From NCBI GenBank assembly GCA_963740085.1, contig CAVUCU010000001.1, forward strand, positions 416,001 to 480,000: DNA of 64,000 nt, in the 5' to 3' direction. This stretch comes from Nitrospirota bacterium. Its GTDB lineage: Bacteria; Nitrospirota; UBA9217. The number at the start of each line of letters is the position of its first letter. The stretch's first letter is position 1. Under the pieces are notes generated by a model, which was not told where the DNA came from, did not search any database, and saw only the letters and a list, made by a program, of their open reading frames with translations. The position numbers were made by a program, and so were the translations under genes. Shown here piece by piece: positions 51,822-62,038 of the stretch.

Positions 51822-53118
51822 TCCCCATGAGACAGAACAATCGGGATTTACTAACCCGCCGATTGGGCTGCTTTATCTCGCAGGAACCTTGTTGAAACAC
51901 GGTTCCGATGTGCGTGTTGTTGACGGCTGTCTTGAAGGTAAGAAGGCGGTCCAGAATGCGATAGAAGAGTTTCACCCTCAGTTAGTCGGAATCTCCTCGC
52001 TGACTCCCGGGCGCAAGAAGGCCATTGAAATAGCCGATATGGTCAAACGATTTGATTCCAACATAAAAGTTGTTATCGGAGGAGCCCATCCAACTATCAT
52101 GTATCAGCAGATCATGGATAATTATCCTTCAATTGATTATATAGTTCTCGGTGAAGGTGAAGAAACCTTACTTGAGATCGCGCAGGACAAGGAATTATCT
52201 CAGATCAACGGGATAGTATACAGAGATAATGGAAACATATTAAAGACACCTGCCCGGAAGAACATAGAAAATCTTGATCATATCCCTTTTCCGGCATGGC
52301 ACCTTCTTGACCTGCAAAAGTACCCTGCTATCGATGAGGGTGTTTACCGCGGGATTGATCTCGGAAAAGTTCCCCGTATTTCTGTTATATTCTCACGAGG
52401 TTGCTCTGGACATTGTGATTTTTGTTCAACCTGGTGGATATGGAAAGGTTGGCGGCATCGCTCGGCAAAGAACATGGTCGATGAAATTGAACTCCTTTAT
52501 AAGGATCATGGCATACGACATTTCTGCTTCGCGGATGATGCCATGACGGTCAACCGAGAGGCTACGATCGATCTCTGTGACGAAATCATCAGGAGAAAGC
52601 TTGATATAGTATTTCATGCCACAACGAGAACGGATTGTGTAGATGAAGTCGTGCTCAAAAAGATGAAAGAAGCGGGCTGCTACAAGATCGCTTTCGGCAT
52701 CGAAACCGGCTCTCCGCTCTTGCTCGACAGGATGGGCAAGAATAACGATGTTGAAACCTCGATAAGAGCAATTAAACTTGCAAAGGACGCAGGAATATTT
52801 GTGACCGCGCTTATGATCATTGGGAACGTGGGAGAGACCAAAGAAACGGTACAGGAAACGGTAAACTTTTTAAAGAAAACACAACCGGACGAAATCGGCT
52901 GCGTCGGCGGCCTTTGGATACTGCCGGGGACCAAACTGTACCGGGATTGCAAGAAAAAGGGATTTATTGATGATAATTTCTGGCTGACCGACCAACCCTA
53001 TAAGATTTACACTATGGAATATTCTCTTGATCAACTCGATAAGTTGAGGAAACAGGTGCTCGGTTATCAATATTTGATCACAAGAATTCACAAGATGTTC
53101 AAGAGGATGATAAAGTGA
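51799..53118 (+). CDS. Cobalamin-binding radical SAM protein
   Basis: PPIGLLYLA, GGAHPT, GEGEET, SRGCSGHCDFC (CxxxCxxC), FADD, GIETGS. Confidence 0.93.
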   Translation: MKKVLLVNPHETEQSGFTNPPIGLLYLAGTLLKHGSDVRVVDGCLEGKKAVQNAIEEFHPQLVGISSLTPGRKKAIEIADMVKRFDSNIKVVIGGAHPTIMYQQIMDNYPSIDYIVLGEGEETLLEIAQDKELSQINGIVYRDNGNILKTPARKNIENLDHIPFPAWHLLDLQKYPAIDEGVYRGIDLGKVPRISVIFSRGCSGHCDFCSTWWIWKGWRHRSAKNMVDEIELLYKDHGIRHFCFADDAMTVNREATIDLCDEIIRRKLDIVFHATTRTDCVDEVVLKKMKEAGCYKIAFGIETGSPLLLDRMGKNNDVETSIRAIKLAKDAGIFVTALMIIGNVGETKETVQETVNFLKKTQPDEIGCVGGLWILPGTKLYRDCKKKGFIDDNFWLTDQPYKIYTMEYSLDQLDKLRKQVLGYQYLITRIHKMFKRMIK

Positions 53119-54002
53119 ACTGTCCTCTTTGCAAAAAAAACGACTATAATGAATGGGGCAGGGTTGGGAAATATACCATATTAATGTGCAAAAAGTGCGG
53201 ACTTGGCATAACAGCTCCCTTTCCAACGGAAAAAGAACTGACAGAATCAAACCAGAAAGTCTATCAGGTGGAGCAGCGAATAAAGACGTATCTTTCTCGC
53301 AGGAGCTATTTTGAGAAACGCTATCGAGACAACATAGCTCAAATAAAGCGTTTTAAACATCAAGGCAAGCTTCTCGACGTGGGATGCAACATCGGTCTAT
53401 TTCTAAATGTGGCTAGGGAAGAAGGTTTTTCTGTCATTGGGGTGGAGCTTAATAAAGGATGTGCTCAATATGGGATAAACAATTTCAAGCTCGATATTCG
53501 TTCCGACTATCTCGAAAATGTAGCTTTTGCCGATCAAAGCATTGATGTCGTCACATTATTCGACGTACTCGAACATGTTCCGGATATACATGGTTTTTTG
53601 ACCGAGATAAGAAGGGTTTTGAAAAAGGACGGACTAATAGTTGTTCAGTCACCGAACATCCAAAGCTTAATGGCCGCACTCACAAAGTCGAATTGGAGCT
53701 GGTTGACCCCACCAGATCATTTGTACCACTTTACTCCTGCGACTTTGAAGCTTTTATTAAAAGAACATGGTTGTGATATCAGACTATTGAATACCTGGGA
53801 GCCAGCTCAGGATTTCAGCGATAATTTAATTGTGGCATACATCCCCAGCCTCTTCATTCGCAGCTTGCTTTTAAAGATAAATCAGGCAACCCATATCCTT
53901 ACCTTTCCAATCCTCCTGATTCAGAGACTCTGGTGGCATAAGCAACGGGGCGGCCTTATAGAACTGTATGCTGTAAAGACGGGAGGGAACAATCATCCAT
54001 GA
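53115..54002 (+). CDS. Class I SAM-dependent methyltransferase with N-terminal zinc ribbon
   Basis: CPLC...CKKC, LLDVGCNIG, DVLEHVPD, PPDHLYHF. Confidence 0.9.
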   Translation: MNCPLCKKNDYNEWGRVGKYTILMCKKCGLGITAPFPTEKELTESNQKVYQVEQRIKTYLSRRSYFEKRYRDNIAQIKRFKHQGKLLDVGCNIGLFLNVAREEGFSVIGVELNKGCAQYGINNFKLDIRSDYLENVAFADQSIDVVTLFDVLEHVPDIHGFLTEIRRVLKKDGLIVVQSPNIQSLMAALTKSNWSWLTPPDHLYHFTPATLKLLLKEHGCDIRLLNTWEPAQDFSDNLIVAYIPSLFIRSLLLKINQATHILTFPILLIQRLWWHKQRGGLIELYAVKTGGNNHP

Positions 54003-54835
54003 CAACAATATCAGCGGTCATACTTGCACGCAACGAAGAACATAACATACGCTACTGTCTGGAAACGCTCCGATGGTGCGATGAAATCGTTGTTGTTGAC
54101 ATGGACAGCACAGATAAAACTTCGGTGATTGCGAGAGAATTTACGGATAAAATATTCTTCCATGAAAAGATTCCGGCCTTTGACATTGCAAAAAATTTTG
54201 GGGTGGAAAAAACAACAGGTGAATGGATACTCTTAATCGATGCCGATGAAATGGTTCAGCGCTCTCTGGCAAGCCGGCTTCGGTCAATTGCCAAAGATGA
54301 CACCACGGACATAGTGGAAATTCCATTCAAACATTACATTCTCGGCGAATGTGTGCGGTACACCGGATGGGGATATACTCCCCTGCCCCGGTTTTTCCGA
54401 AAAGGCAAAATACTTTTTACCGAAACAATCCACGGTTATATGCATAAGGTCAAGGATGCGAAGGTTTTAAGACTTGAATCACGCGACGAAATGTGCATTT
54501 ATCATTTTAATTATAGTGACAGCACTCACTTCGTAGAGAAGCTGAACCGATATACCTCTGTAGAGGCGCGCCGTCTCTATGGAGATAAAGTTCCGTTTTC
54601 TTACATACAGCTAATATCTGCCGCACTGAAAGAATTTTTTGGGAGGTATTTTGCGGGGAAAGGATACAAAGAGGGCGCGCGAGGTTTTTCACTTTCTGTC
54701 ATGATGGCATTCTATCGAGCTCTCACTTATATTAAATTGTGGGAGATATACCAGTTCGAAGACGATCCGATCCCGGCACGATATGAGAAAATCCGGAAGA
54801 GGCTATTGACGGATTGGGGGTCAATAAAACCGTAA
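53999..54835 (+). CDS. Glycosyltransferase family 2
   Basis: ARNEE, VDMDSTD, LIDADE, KLNRYT. Confidence 0.92.
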   Translation: MTTISAVILARNEEHNIRYCLETLRWCDEIVVVDMDSTDKTSVIAREFTDKIFFHEKIPAFDIAKNFGVEKTTGEWILLIDADEMVQRSLASRLRSIAKDDTTDIVEIPFKHYILGECVRYTGWGYTPLPRFFRKGKILFTETIHGYMHKVKDAKVLRLESRDEMCIYHFNYSDSTHFVEKLNRYTSVEARRLYGDKVPFSYIQLISAALKEFFGRYFAGKGYKEGARGFSLSVMMAFYRALTYIKLWEIYQFEDDPIPARYEKIRKRLLTDWGSIKP

Positions 54836-54836
54836 T

Positions 54837-55625
54837 ATGAAGTGCTGTATATGCGACAACGCTGATACGGCTCCCTATTTCACCTCTGGCAGCCATGTGT
54901 TTGAACAATGCACTCGCTGTGGGCTTGTGTTTGTCTCCAATTTTACGCAGGAAGGCATCTCTTATAAAGGCGACGAGTACTTTGTCCAAAAAAATGAGTA
55001 TGTACAGCGATGGGACGAATTTTGCTCACTGTTCGAACATCTGCTTGCTAAGGTCATGCGTTTCAAGCGGAATGGTGACTTTCTGGATGTAGGCGCTGGT
55101 GTCGGTACCTTAATGCATGTAGCCAAGAAGTATGGATTCACAACGTATGGGGTGGAAGTATCCGAGTGGGCATCTGCATACGCCAGGAACGAACGCGGAC
55201 TGAATCTTGTCACGGGAACGCTCGAGGACGCTTCGTACCCTGATGCTTTCTTCGATGTCATCGTCATCAATCACGTGCTTGAGCATGTGACTACCCCCAT
55301 TAAACTGCTGGACGAGGCGCATCGGATTCTGAAGAATGATGGGGTGCTAGTCGTGGGCGTACCGAATGTCGGCAGCATCATGGCCCGGATCATGCGGGAA
55401 AGGTGGCTCTCCCTGCGGCCAGAGGAGCATATCTGGCACTTCACTCCGAACACTCTTCGGCGCCTCCTGGACAGGGCCGGATTCCATGAGATATGGTTCG
55501 AGGCGCGAGATAACTATTCCGTTCAGGGTTGGGGCCCCAAAGATATTGCTCAGCGAATTATAAACTGGGTATCAGTCATTACGAATCGCTCTGAAGCCAT
55601 GCTCATAATTGCTAGCAAGAAATGA
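54837..55625 (+). CDS. Class I SAM-dependent methyltransferase with N-terminal zinc ribbon
   Basis: CCIC...CTRC, LDVGAGVG, HVLEHV, PEEHIWHF. Confidence 0.9.
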   Translation: MKCCICDNADTAPYFTSGSHVFEQCTRCGLVFVSNFTQEGISYKGDEYFVQKNEYVQRWDEFCSLFEHLLAKVMRFKRNGDFLDVGAGVGTLMHVAKKYGFTTYGVEVSEWASAYARNERGLNLVTGTLEDASYPDAFFDVIVINHVLEHVTTPIKLLDEAHRILKNDGVLVVGVPNVGSIMARIMRERWLSLRPEEHIWHFTPNTLRRLLDRAGFHEIWFEARDNYSVQGWGPKDIAQRIINWVSVITNRSEAMLIIASKK

Positions 55626-56632
55626 TCACCATGACGGATAAAGCCTATATACTTCTGCTGAATTGGAACGGATGGGCAGACACCATTGAGTGTCTAGAAT
55701 CCGTCTTTCGGAACAATTACCCGAATTACCAGGTGATCGTGTGTGATAACGATTCATCTGATAGCTCGCTTGATCATATAAAAGATTGGGCAAAGGGGAA
55801 CTTACAGGTTGCGATTGCAACCGACAATCCACTTTACGCACTGTCCTCCCCTCCGGTCGCGAAACCTATTCCCTATGCTGAGTACACGAGAAAACAGGCG
55901 GAGGCCGGCGGTGATGACAAGGCCAATAATGCCCGCTTGATCCTGATTCAAACGGGAAAGAATCTAGGTTTTGCCGGAGGCAACAATGCGGGCCTCAGAT
56001 ATGCGTTATCGCGCGATGATTTTCAGCATGTATGGCTGCTCAACAATGACACCGTGATCAAGGCAGATGCCCTCACCGCGCTCGTCGGAAGCATGCAGGA
56101 TGATACAGGTGCAGGCATGTGCGGTTCTACCCTGCCGTTTTATCACGACCCCGATATGATTTGGGCGTTGGGCGGAGCGAGCTATAATAAATGGCTTTGC
56201 AAAACCGAGTGCATTGGACTGCGTGAACCACTCTCCCGAACGATCAGCAAGGCCGAGATCGAACGCAGGATGGCTTATCTCGCCGGTGCTTCCATGCTCG
56301 TGTCCAAGGCATTTCTCCAAACCGTCGGCGTAATGAACGAGCGGTATTTTCTCTATTTTGAAGAGCTGGACTGGGCTTTGCGCGCGAAAGGCAGGTACAG
56401 GCTTATCTTTGCGCCGGACAGCATCGTCTACCACAAGGTTGGTGCAAGCATATTGAAAGGGACCAGCCGTGATACCAGTACAGCGGATTATTACATGTTC
56501 AGGAATTCACTGATCATCACGCTGAGCTATCATCCCCTGGCATTGCCGATCGTGCTGCCAAGGGTCCTGACACTCTACCTGTTCAGGCGACTCATGGCAT
56601 TTGCCAGTCGATTAGTCCACGGCCGTCAGTAA
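55622..56632 (+). CDS. Glycosyltransferase family 2 (rhamnosyltransferase-like)
   Basis: LLNWNG, CDNDSSD, NLGFAGGNN, LLNND, FLYFEELDW. Confidence 0.92.
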   Translation: MITMTDKAYILLLNWNGWADTIECLESVFRNNYPNYQVIVCDNDSSDSSLDHIKDWAKGNLQVAIATDNPLYALSSPPVAKPIPYAEYTRKQAEAGGDDKANNARLILIQTGKNLGFAGGNNAGLRYALSRDDFQHVWLLNNDTVIKADALTALVGSMQDDTGAGMCGSTLPFYHDPDMIWALGGASYNKWLCKTECIGLREPLSRTISKAEIERRMAYLAGASMLVSKAFLQTVGVMNERYFLYFEELDWALRAKGRYRLIFAPDSIVYHKVGASILKGTSRDTSTADYYMFRNSLIITLSYHPLALPIVLPRVLTLYLFRRLMAFASRLVHGRQ

Positions 56633-56649
56633 CGAAAGGAACAAAGGTC

Positions 56650-57363
56650 ATGGCTGCAGAAGTTCTTCAATCTGAGAACGACATTGAACGATCACGCGGC
56701 GAAATGATCTCCATGGGTATTGATTGCACAAGTCCGCGCTACCTGCAACTAGCGCGACAGTTCGGCCTTACCAAAAAACCCCTGATCGGAGATCGCCGCA
56801 AGAGCTGGGACATCCTGAAGACCATCAAGTTCATCCAGGGCTCCGTTGCGCCGCAGGCGCCGACCCTCGATATTGGCGCGTATGCCTCCGAGGTCCTGTG
56901 TGCCCTTCACCGTCTTGGCTATTCAAATCTGACAGGCGTGGACCTGAACCCGGACATTGCACGTATGCCCTATTCCGATTCGATCAAATACGTTCTCAGC
57001 GACTTTATGCGCATGCCGTTCCAGGACGCTTCATTCAAAGCGATCACGGCCATATCGGTTATCGAGCATGGCTATCAGGGAGATCGACTGCTGCTTGAAC
57101 TGTCCCGGGTATTGAAGCCCGGCGGACTCTTCATCGCCTCGGTCGATTACTGGCCCGACAAGATCGATACGACGGGCATCACGGCATTCGGCATGGATTG
57201 GCGCATCTTCTCCAAGGATGAGATCAAGGCATTTATGGATCGTGCGGCAGAATTTGGATTCTCGCCTGTCGGCGAAATGAGCTTGTCCGCCTCTGCCCCT
57301 CTCATTGCATGGCAGGGGAAACGATATACGTTTTGCTGGTTCGCGATCAGGAAACGTGCCTGA
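56650..57363 (+). CDS. Class I SAM-dependent methyltransferase
   Basis: LDIGA, GVDL, AISVIEH, RVLKPGG. Confidence 0.88.
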   Translation: MAAEVLQSENDIERSRGEMISMGIDCTSPRYLQLARQFGLTKKPLIGDRRKSWDILKTIKFIQGSVAPQAPTLDIGAYASEVLCALHRLGYSNLTGVDLNPDIARMPYSDSIKYVLSDFMRMPFQDASFKAITAISVIEHGYQGDRLLLELSRVLKPGGLFIASVDYWPDKIDTTGITAFGMDWRIFSKDEIKAFMDRAAEFGFSPVGEMSLSASAPLIAWQGKRYTFCWFAIRKRA

Positions 57364-57416
57364 CCTTCGGACGAGTTGCCGATACTGGTGAATCTGCCGT
57401 GGTTATTGAGGATGTT

Positions 57417-58489
57417 ATGAAAGTATCGATGTTTACAACTTGGGATACGAAATGCGGCATTGCCGATTACTCCTGCCAATTCAAGGCGGCGCTCGAAAAG
57501 ACAGGAACCGCCGTAACAATTGTTCCGGTTGGCCGGAAAAAAGGTGCCTTCGACCTCATTCGTCTCGGCAAAATGATGAACGACGCGGATATCGCCCATA
57601 TCCAGCACGAGTTCTCTTTTTTTGCCAATGCCTTTATTCTTCGTTCGTTCGTCAACTGTTCCCTTTTCCTGCGTCAGATCAAGATCCCCACGGTGATTAC
57701 CATGCATGAGGTGGTGCCCATCGGTGAAAGACTCGGTAAATTTCCGTTCCTGCACCTGTACCGGATGATATTCTCTTCTGTTGACGTCATCACTGTCCAT
57801 ACGGAAAAACACCGAAGGACGATCCTGGAAATGGGGGTCAATGATGACAAGGTGAAGCTCATACCTATTCCCGTACCTGAAATAGAACCCCTCAGCAACA
57901 CGAAACAGCATGATAAAGAATTGCTTGGGGTTGACGGGAAGAAGGTGCTTACGGTTTTCGGATTTCTCAATAACAGAAAGGGATACGAGCTGGTCCTCGA
58001 TGCTCATGCAAGACCTTGATGACTGCGCTCTTTCTCATTGCCGGCGGCACTCATCCCAGAGACAAGTCCGGCTATGCGGAACAACTCATGAACAGGATCC
58101 GGAAGATGAAACTTGAGCAGAGAGTTATGATGCTGGGTTATCTGCCTGATTCTCAGATCGCAGCCGTCATGGGAGCAACAGATATCATCCTTGCCCCATT
58201 CCGTGACATGCCAGGATCAGCTTCCCTGAGCCTTGGCGTGGCTTATGGCAAGGCCGTTATAGGTTCCGATATAGAACAAATGAAGGAGTTGAAATCAAGG
58301 GGAATTGGTGCGGAACTCTTCCAGCTCGATAAAAAGGGAGACCTGCGGGAGAAAATAGTCGCGCTGACAGGCGACGCCCGGAGACAGTCTGAACTTGAAC
58401 AATTATCGAAGTCATATGCTGATAGATACAGCTACAGCAATACGGCAGTGAGGCTTGGGGAACTCTACGCCTCACTGCTGAAGAGTTGA
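57417..58489 (+). CDS. Glycosyltransferase family 4, frameshifts near 58010-58030
   Basis: KCGIADY, HIQHEF, TMHE, FGFLNNRKGYE; continues in ORF 58016-58489. Confidence 0.87.
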
Positions 58490-58531
58490 ACGCTGCATAG
58501 ATAATTAAATGCATCATCTATCGAGATTAAA

Positions 58532-59556
58532 ATGAGCAAGACTCTACTTTCCATCTGCATCCCGGTCTATAACTTCGGTGCCTTCATCGGCGAAACGCTG
58601 GCCAGCATCATCCCCCAGGTGACCGATGAGGTCGAGATCCTGGTCGTCGACGGGGCCTCAACGGACAATACCTCCGAGGTGATCGCGTCCATCCAACGGA
58701 CATTCCCGCGACTGCGCTATCACCGCCTTGAGAAGAAAGGCGGCATTGACCGCGACATGGCGAGGTCCGTGGAGCTGGCGCAGGGCGAGTATTGCTGGCT
58801 CTTCGGCGGCGACGACATCATGATGCCCGGCGCGATCGCAGATGTCTTGAAAGAGATCGGGCATGGCTGCGATGTGTTCATCTGCGAGTCCATCCTGTGC
58901 AATAAAGACATGCGGCCGATCGGGAAACACAACATATTCTCTCTCAGCGCGGACCGCGTGTTCGATCTGCACGATGAGGCCGACCGGAAAGACTATTTTG
59001 CGAGCGCCGAGAATACAGCCGCTTTTTTCAGTTTCTGCAGTTCCCTTGTCTTTAAAAGATCACGATGGGCCGCCCTCGAACTGGATGAGCGGCTTCGTGG
59101 GCTCCCACTGGGCCCACGTAGCCCGCTTTTTCAAAATGATCCCCGACGGTTTGCGCGTAAAGTATTTGCCCGAGCCGCACCTTTACAAACGGGGCGAGAA
59201 TGATTCGTTTCTCGGGCAAGGCCTGGTCAATCGTTATCGCATCACCATTGAGGGCTATGACAAACTCGCCAATACCTTCTTTGGCAAACAGAGTATGGAG
59301 GCGGCCCACATTCGTCGCACGATCAAGGCCGAACACAACCTCAAAAGCCTTTTGGACGCAAAGTTGATATGCCACCAGAGCGGCCTTCAGGCTGACATAG
59401 CGGTCCTTGATCGAATGGTCACCATACTCTATTTCGACCCGACTATTTTCGAACCGGGCAAGTTTGCTCATCTACCGGCATACGCCCTTTTTTGTTCTTG
59501 CCATTGCCAAGCCGATATACAGCTTTATGCAATCTTATATACCCGGAGTGAAATGA
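58532..59556 (+). CDS. Glycosyltransferase family 2 (copy A), frameshifts near 59095 and 59450
   Basis: LSICIPVYNFGAFIGETL, VDGASTD, GGDD; reading continues WAHVAR...RGENDSF; predicted TGA overlaps the next ATG. Confidence 0.85.
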
Positions 59557-60545
59557 ATACGATCCGGCTGTCCATATGCATTCCGACATATAACTTCGGC
59601 GCCTTTATCGGCGAGACGCTCGAAAGCGTCATCCGGCAGGCTACGGATGAAGTTGAGATCGTAGTCGTTGATGGCGCTTCCACGGACAACACGGCGGAGA
59701 TCGTCCGTGACTTTCAGAAGCGTTTCCCCCGACTGATCTACCATCTTCTCGATAAAAAAGGCGGCATTGACAAAGACATAGCCAAAACCGTGGAACTGGC
59801 GCACGGCGATTACTGCTGGCTGTTGTCGAGCGACGATGTTCTTAAAGACGGTGCGATAGACAGGATGCTCCGCGAGACAGCCGCGGGGCATGATGTTTAC
59901 TTATGCAATCGGACCGAATGCGACATAAACCTGAATCCGGTCTACAATCGCTCATGGCTTTCACGAAAGACAGATGATGCGGTATTTGACCTTTCCGTCA
60001 GATCCGATCTTCTTCACTATCTCAACGAGGCACAATCGATCGGCGCGCTCTTCAGCTATATGAGCGCCATTATTGTTCTCCGTAAAAAGTGGAATGAGCC
60101 GGGTTATAATGAAAGATTTACGGGTACGAACTACGCCCACGCATTCCGCCTGTTTACGATGCTTCTCAATGGCGGTAAATTGAAATACATAAAAGATCCT
60201 CTTGTGCTTAGTCGAGGAGAAAATGACAGCTTTCTGCAAAAGGGGGTTGTCCAGAGATTCCTGATCGACCTGAACGGATATCAGTTTTTGGGGTCTCATT
60301 TTTTTCACGACAACGAGACCCGGCAGGCCTTTCACGCCGTCATACGAAGAGAATTCAGATGGTATGTCTTTGCCGGCGTTCGAAGTGAGGCGGATAAAGA
60401 CGAATGGAATGCGATCGAGCGCACGTTGTTGTCCCTTGGTTATTCACGATCCTCATTGCGGATTGTCCGAATAATCGGGTCCTCGAGTCATATCGTTTGG
60501 CTGGCCCGGCGTCTCAGGGCGGCTTTTCGAAGACTTTTTAAATAA
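59553..60545 (+). CDS. Glycosyltransferase family 2 (copy B)
   Basis: LSICIPTYNFGAFIGETL, VDGASTD, SSDD, RGENDSF. Confidence 0.9.
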   Translation: MNTIRLSICIPTYNFGAFIGETLESVIRQATDEVEIVVVDGASTDNTAEIVRDFQKRFPRLIYHLLDKKGGIDKDIAKTVELAHGDYCWLLSSDDVLKDGAIDRMLRETAAGHDVYLCNRTECDINLNPVYNRSWLSRKTDDAVFDLSVRSDLLHYLNEAQSIGALFSYMSAIIVLRKKWNEPGYNERFTGTNYAHAFRLFTMLLNGGKLKYIKDPLVLSRGENDSFLQKGVVQRFLIDLNGYQFLGSHFFHDNETRQAFHAVIRREFRWYVFAGVRSEADKDEWNAIERTLLSLGYSRSSLRIVRIIGSSSHIVWLARRLRAAFRRLFK

Positions 60546-60562
60546 AGTCTGGGAGCTTCATC

Positions 60563-60649
60563 CCGCGAAGTCGCAAAGTACGCTAAGAAAATATCGTTGT
60601 TATTATAGTTATTAATCATGCATCCCTTGCGTTCTTCGCGCCTTGGCGG
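60563..60649. repeat. Palindromic intergenic element
   Basis: CCGCGAAGTCGCAAAGTACGCTAAG ... CTTGCGTTCTTCGCGCCTTGGCGG. Confidence 0.8.
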
Positions 60650-60718
60650 TTCAAAAAGATAGCGCTTCCGGCCGGCCTGTTCGTCAGCGGTACTTGTCGA
60701 ATGGAGAGTGAAAATACT

Positions 60719-61872
60719 GTGAAAATAGGAATAAACGCGCTGTACCTGCTGCCGGGAAAGGTCGGCGGCTCGGAAACCTACATCAGAAGCCTGGTGCGGA
60801 GCCTGTTGGAAATTGACAGGGACAACACCTACGTCATCTTCATCAACAAGGAAAGCATCGGGATATTTCCCGGAATCAGATCCCCGTGTCAGGATCATCC
60901 TTTGTCCCATCAAGGCGACCAGTCGTCCGATACGAATTCTCTGGGAACAATTCATCCTGCCCTTTCAGGTCTTGCGCCACAAGATCGATGTCCTCCTGTC
61001 CGCGGGAATGACGTCCCCTTTTGTCTGCCCTGTTCCGTCGGTTCTCGTTATTTATCGATCTCCAGCATGTCAATCAGCCGCGGAATTTCTCCCGTCTGTA
61101 TCTCTTCTTTCTCAGGACCATCATCTATCTCAGCGCTAAGGCCTCTGATGGGATCATAACGATCTCCGAACAGGTTAAAAAGGACATCATACGATACTAC
61201 AAGATCGGGGCTGATAGAATCTCCGTCGCGCACCTGGCCGTCAACCATGAGCTGTTCTTCCCCATGAGCGGTGACATCCCGGCTCCTGTCAGGACAAAGT
61301 ACAATTTACCGGAACGCTATCTCCTCTATGCCGCTGCATTGCTGCCGCATAAAAACCATACAAGGCTTTTACCGGCGTTCAAAGAAGTAATCAGGGAAAT
61401 GCCCGGAACAAAACTGGTATTGACCGGCGCCTGGGACAAGGGACATGATGCGATGACCGGCTTGATATCGGAGTCAGGCCTTCAAAAAGACGTCGTCATG
61501 CTCGGGTGGGTCCCCTTCGCGGATATTCCCGGGCTTTATCGCGGCGCTGATCTGTTTGTGTATCCCACGCTTCATGAAGGTTTTGGCCTTCCCGTTCTCG
61601 AGGCAATGGCCAGCGGCGTACCGGTCGTGTGTTCCCGGATTGAACCGCTTATTGGGCTCGCGGGAAACGCGGCGATCCTGGTGGACCCGTACGATCAGGC
61701 TGATATTGCGAGGGGAATTTTATCTGTTCTCAGGGACAAGACCTTGCGGATGAAGCTTATTGAGGCAGGCGTTCTAAGGGCCAGGACATTTACCTGGGAA
61801 AAGACTGCACACGACACTTTGGATTTTTTGAGCGATAGGATGCCTCACGGAAAACCTGCGGGGCGGTCTTGA
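60719..61872 (+). CDS. Glycosyltransferase family 4, frameshifted (near 60870 and 61050)
   Basis: KIGINALYL..GGSETY, ILWEQF, DLQH, PHKNH, HEGFGLPVLEAMASG, FTWEKTA. Confidence 0.88.
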
Positions 61873-62016
61873 TGATCACGTAAAAGGCCATAACCTACCG
61901 CGGAGACACGGAGAAATGCATTCTGAGCGCAGCTACGAACGAATCTCGCCTTTTCAATACGATGATAGACCCTTCACTTCGTTCAGGGTGACACTTTCTG
62001 ACTTATTGCGAAACCC
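61870..62016. repeat. Composite MITE/REP-like element between convergent genes
   Basis: TGATGATCACGTAAAAGG, ACCGCGGAGACACGGAG, CATTCTGAGCG...GAATCTC...AGACCCTTCACTTCGTTCAGGGTGAC, GACTTATTGCGAAACC. Confidence 0.65.
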
Positions 62017-62038
62017 AGTCTTAGGCTCTATTCCTCTT

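Noticed and set aside
58863-60545. 560-aa two-domain glycosyltransferase fusion
   Set aside because: It is better explained by two frameshifts in copy A plus an ATGA overlap at 59553-59556.
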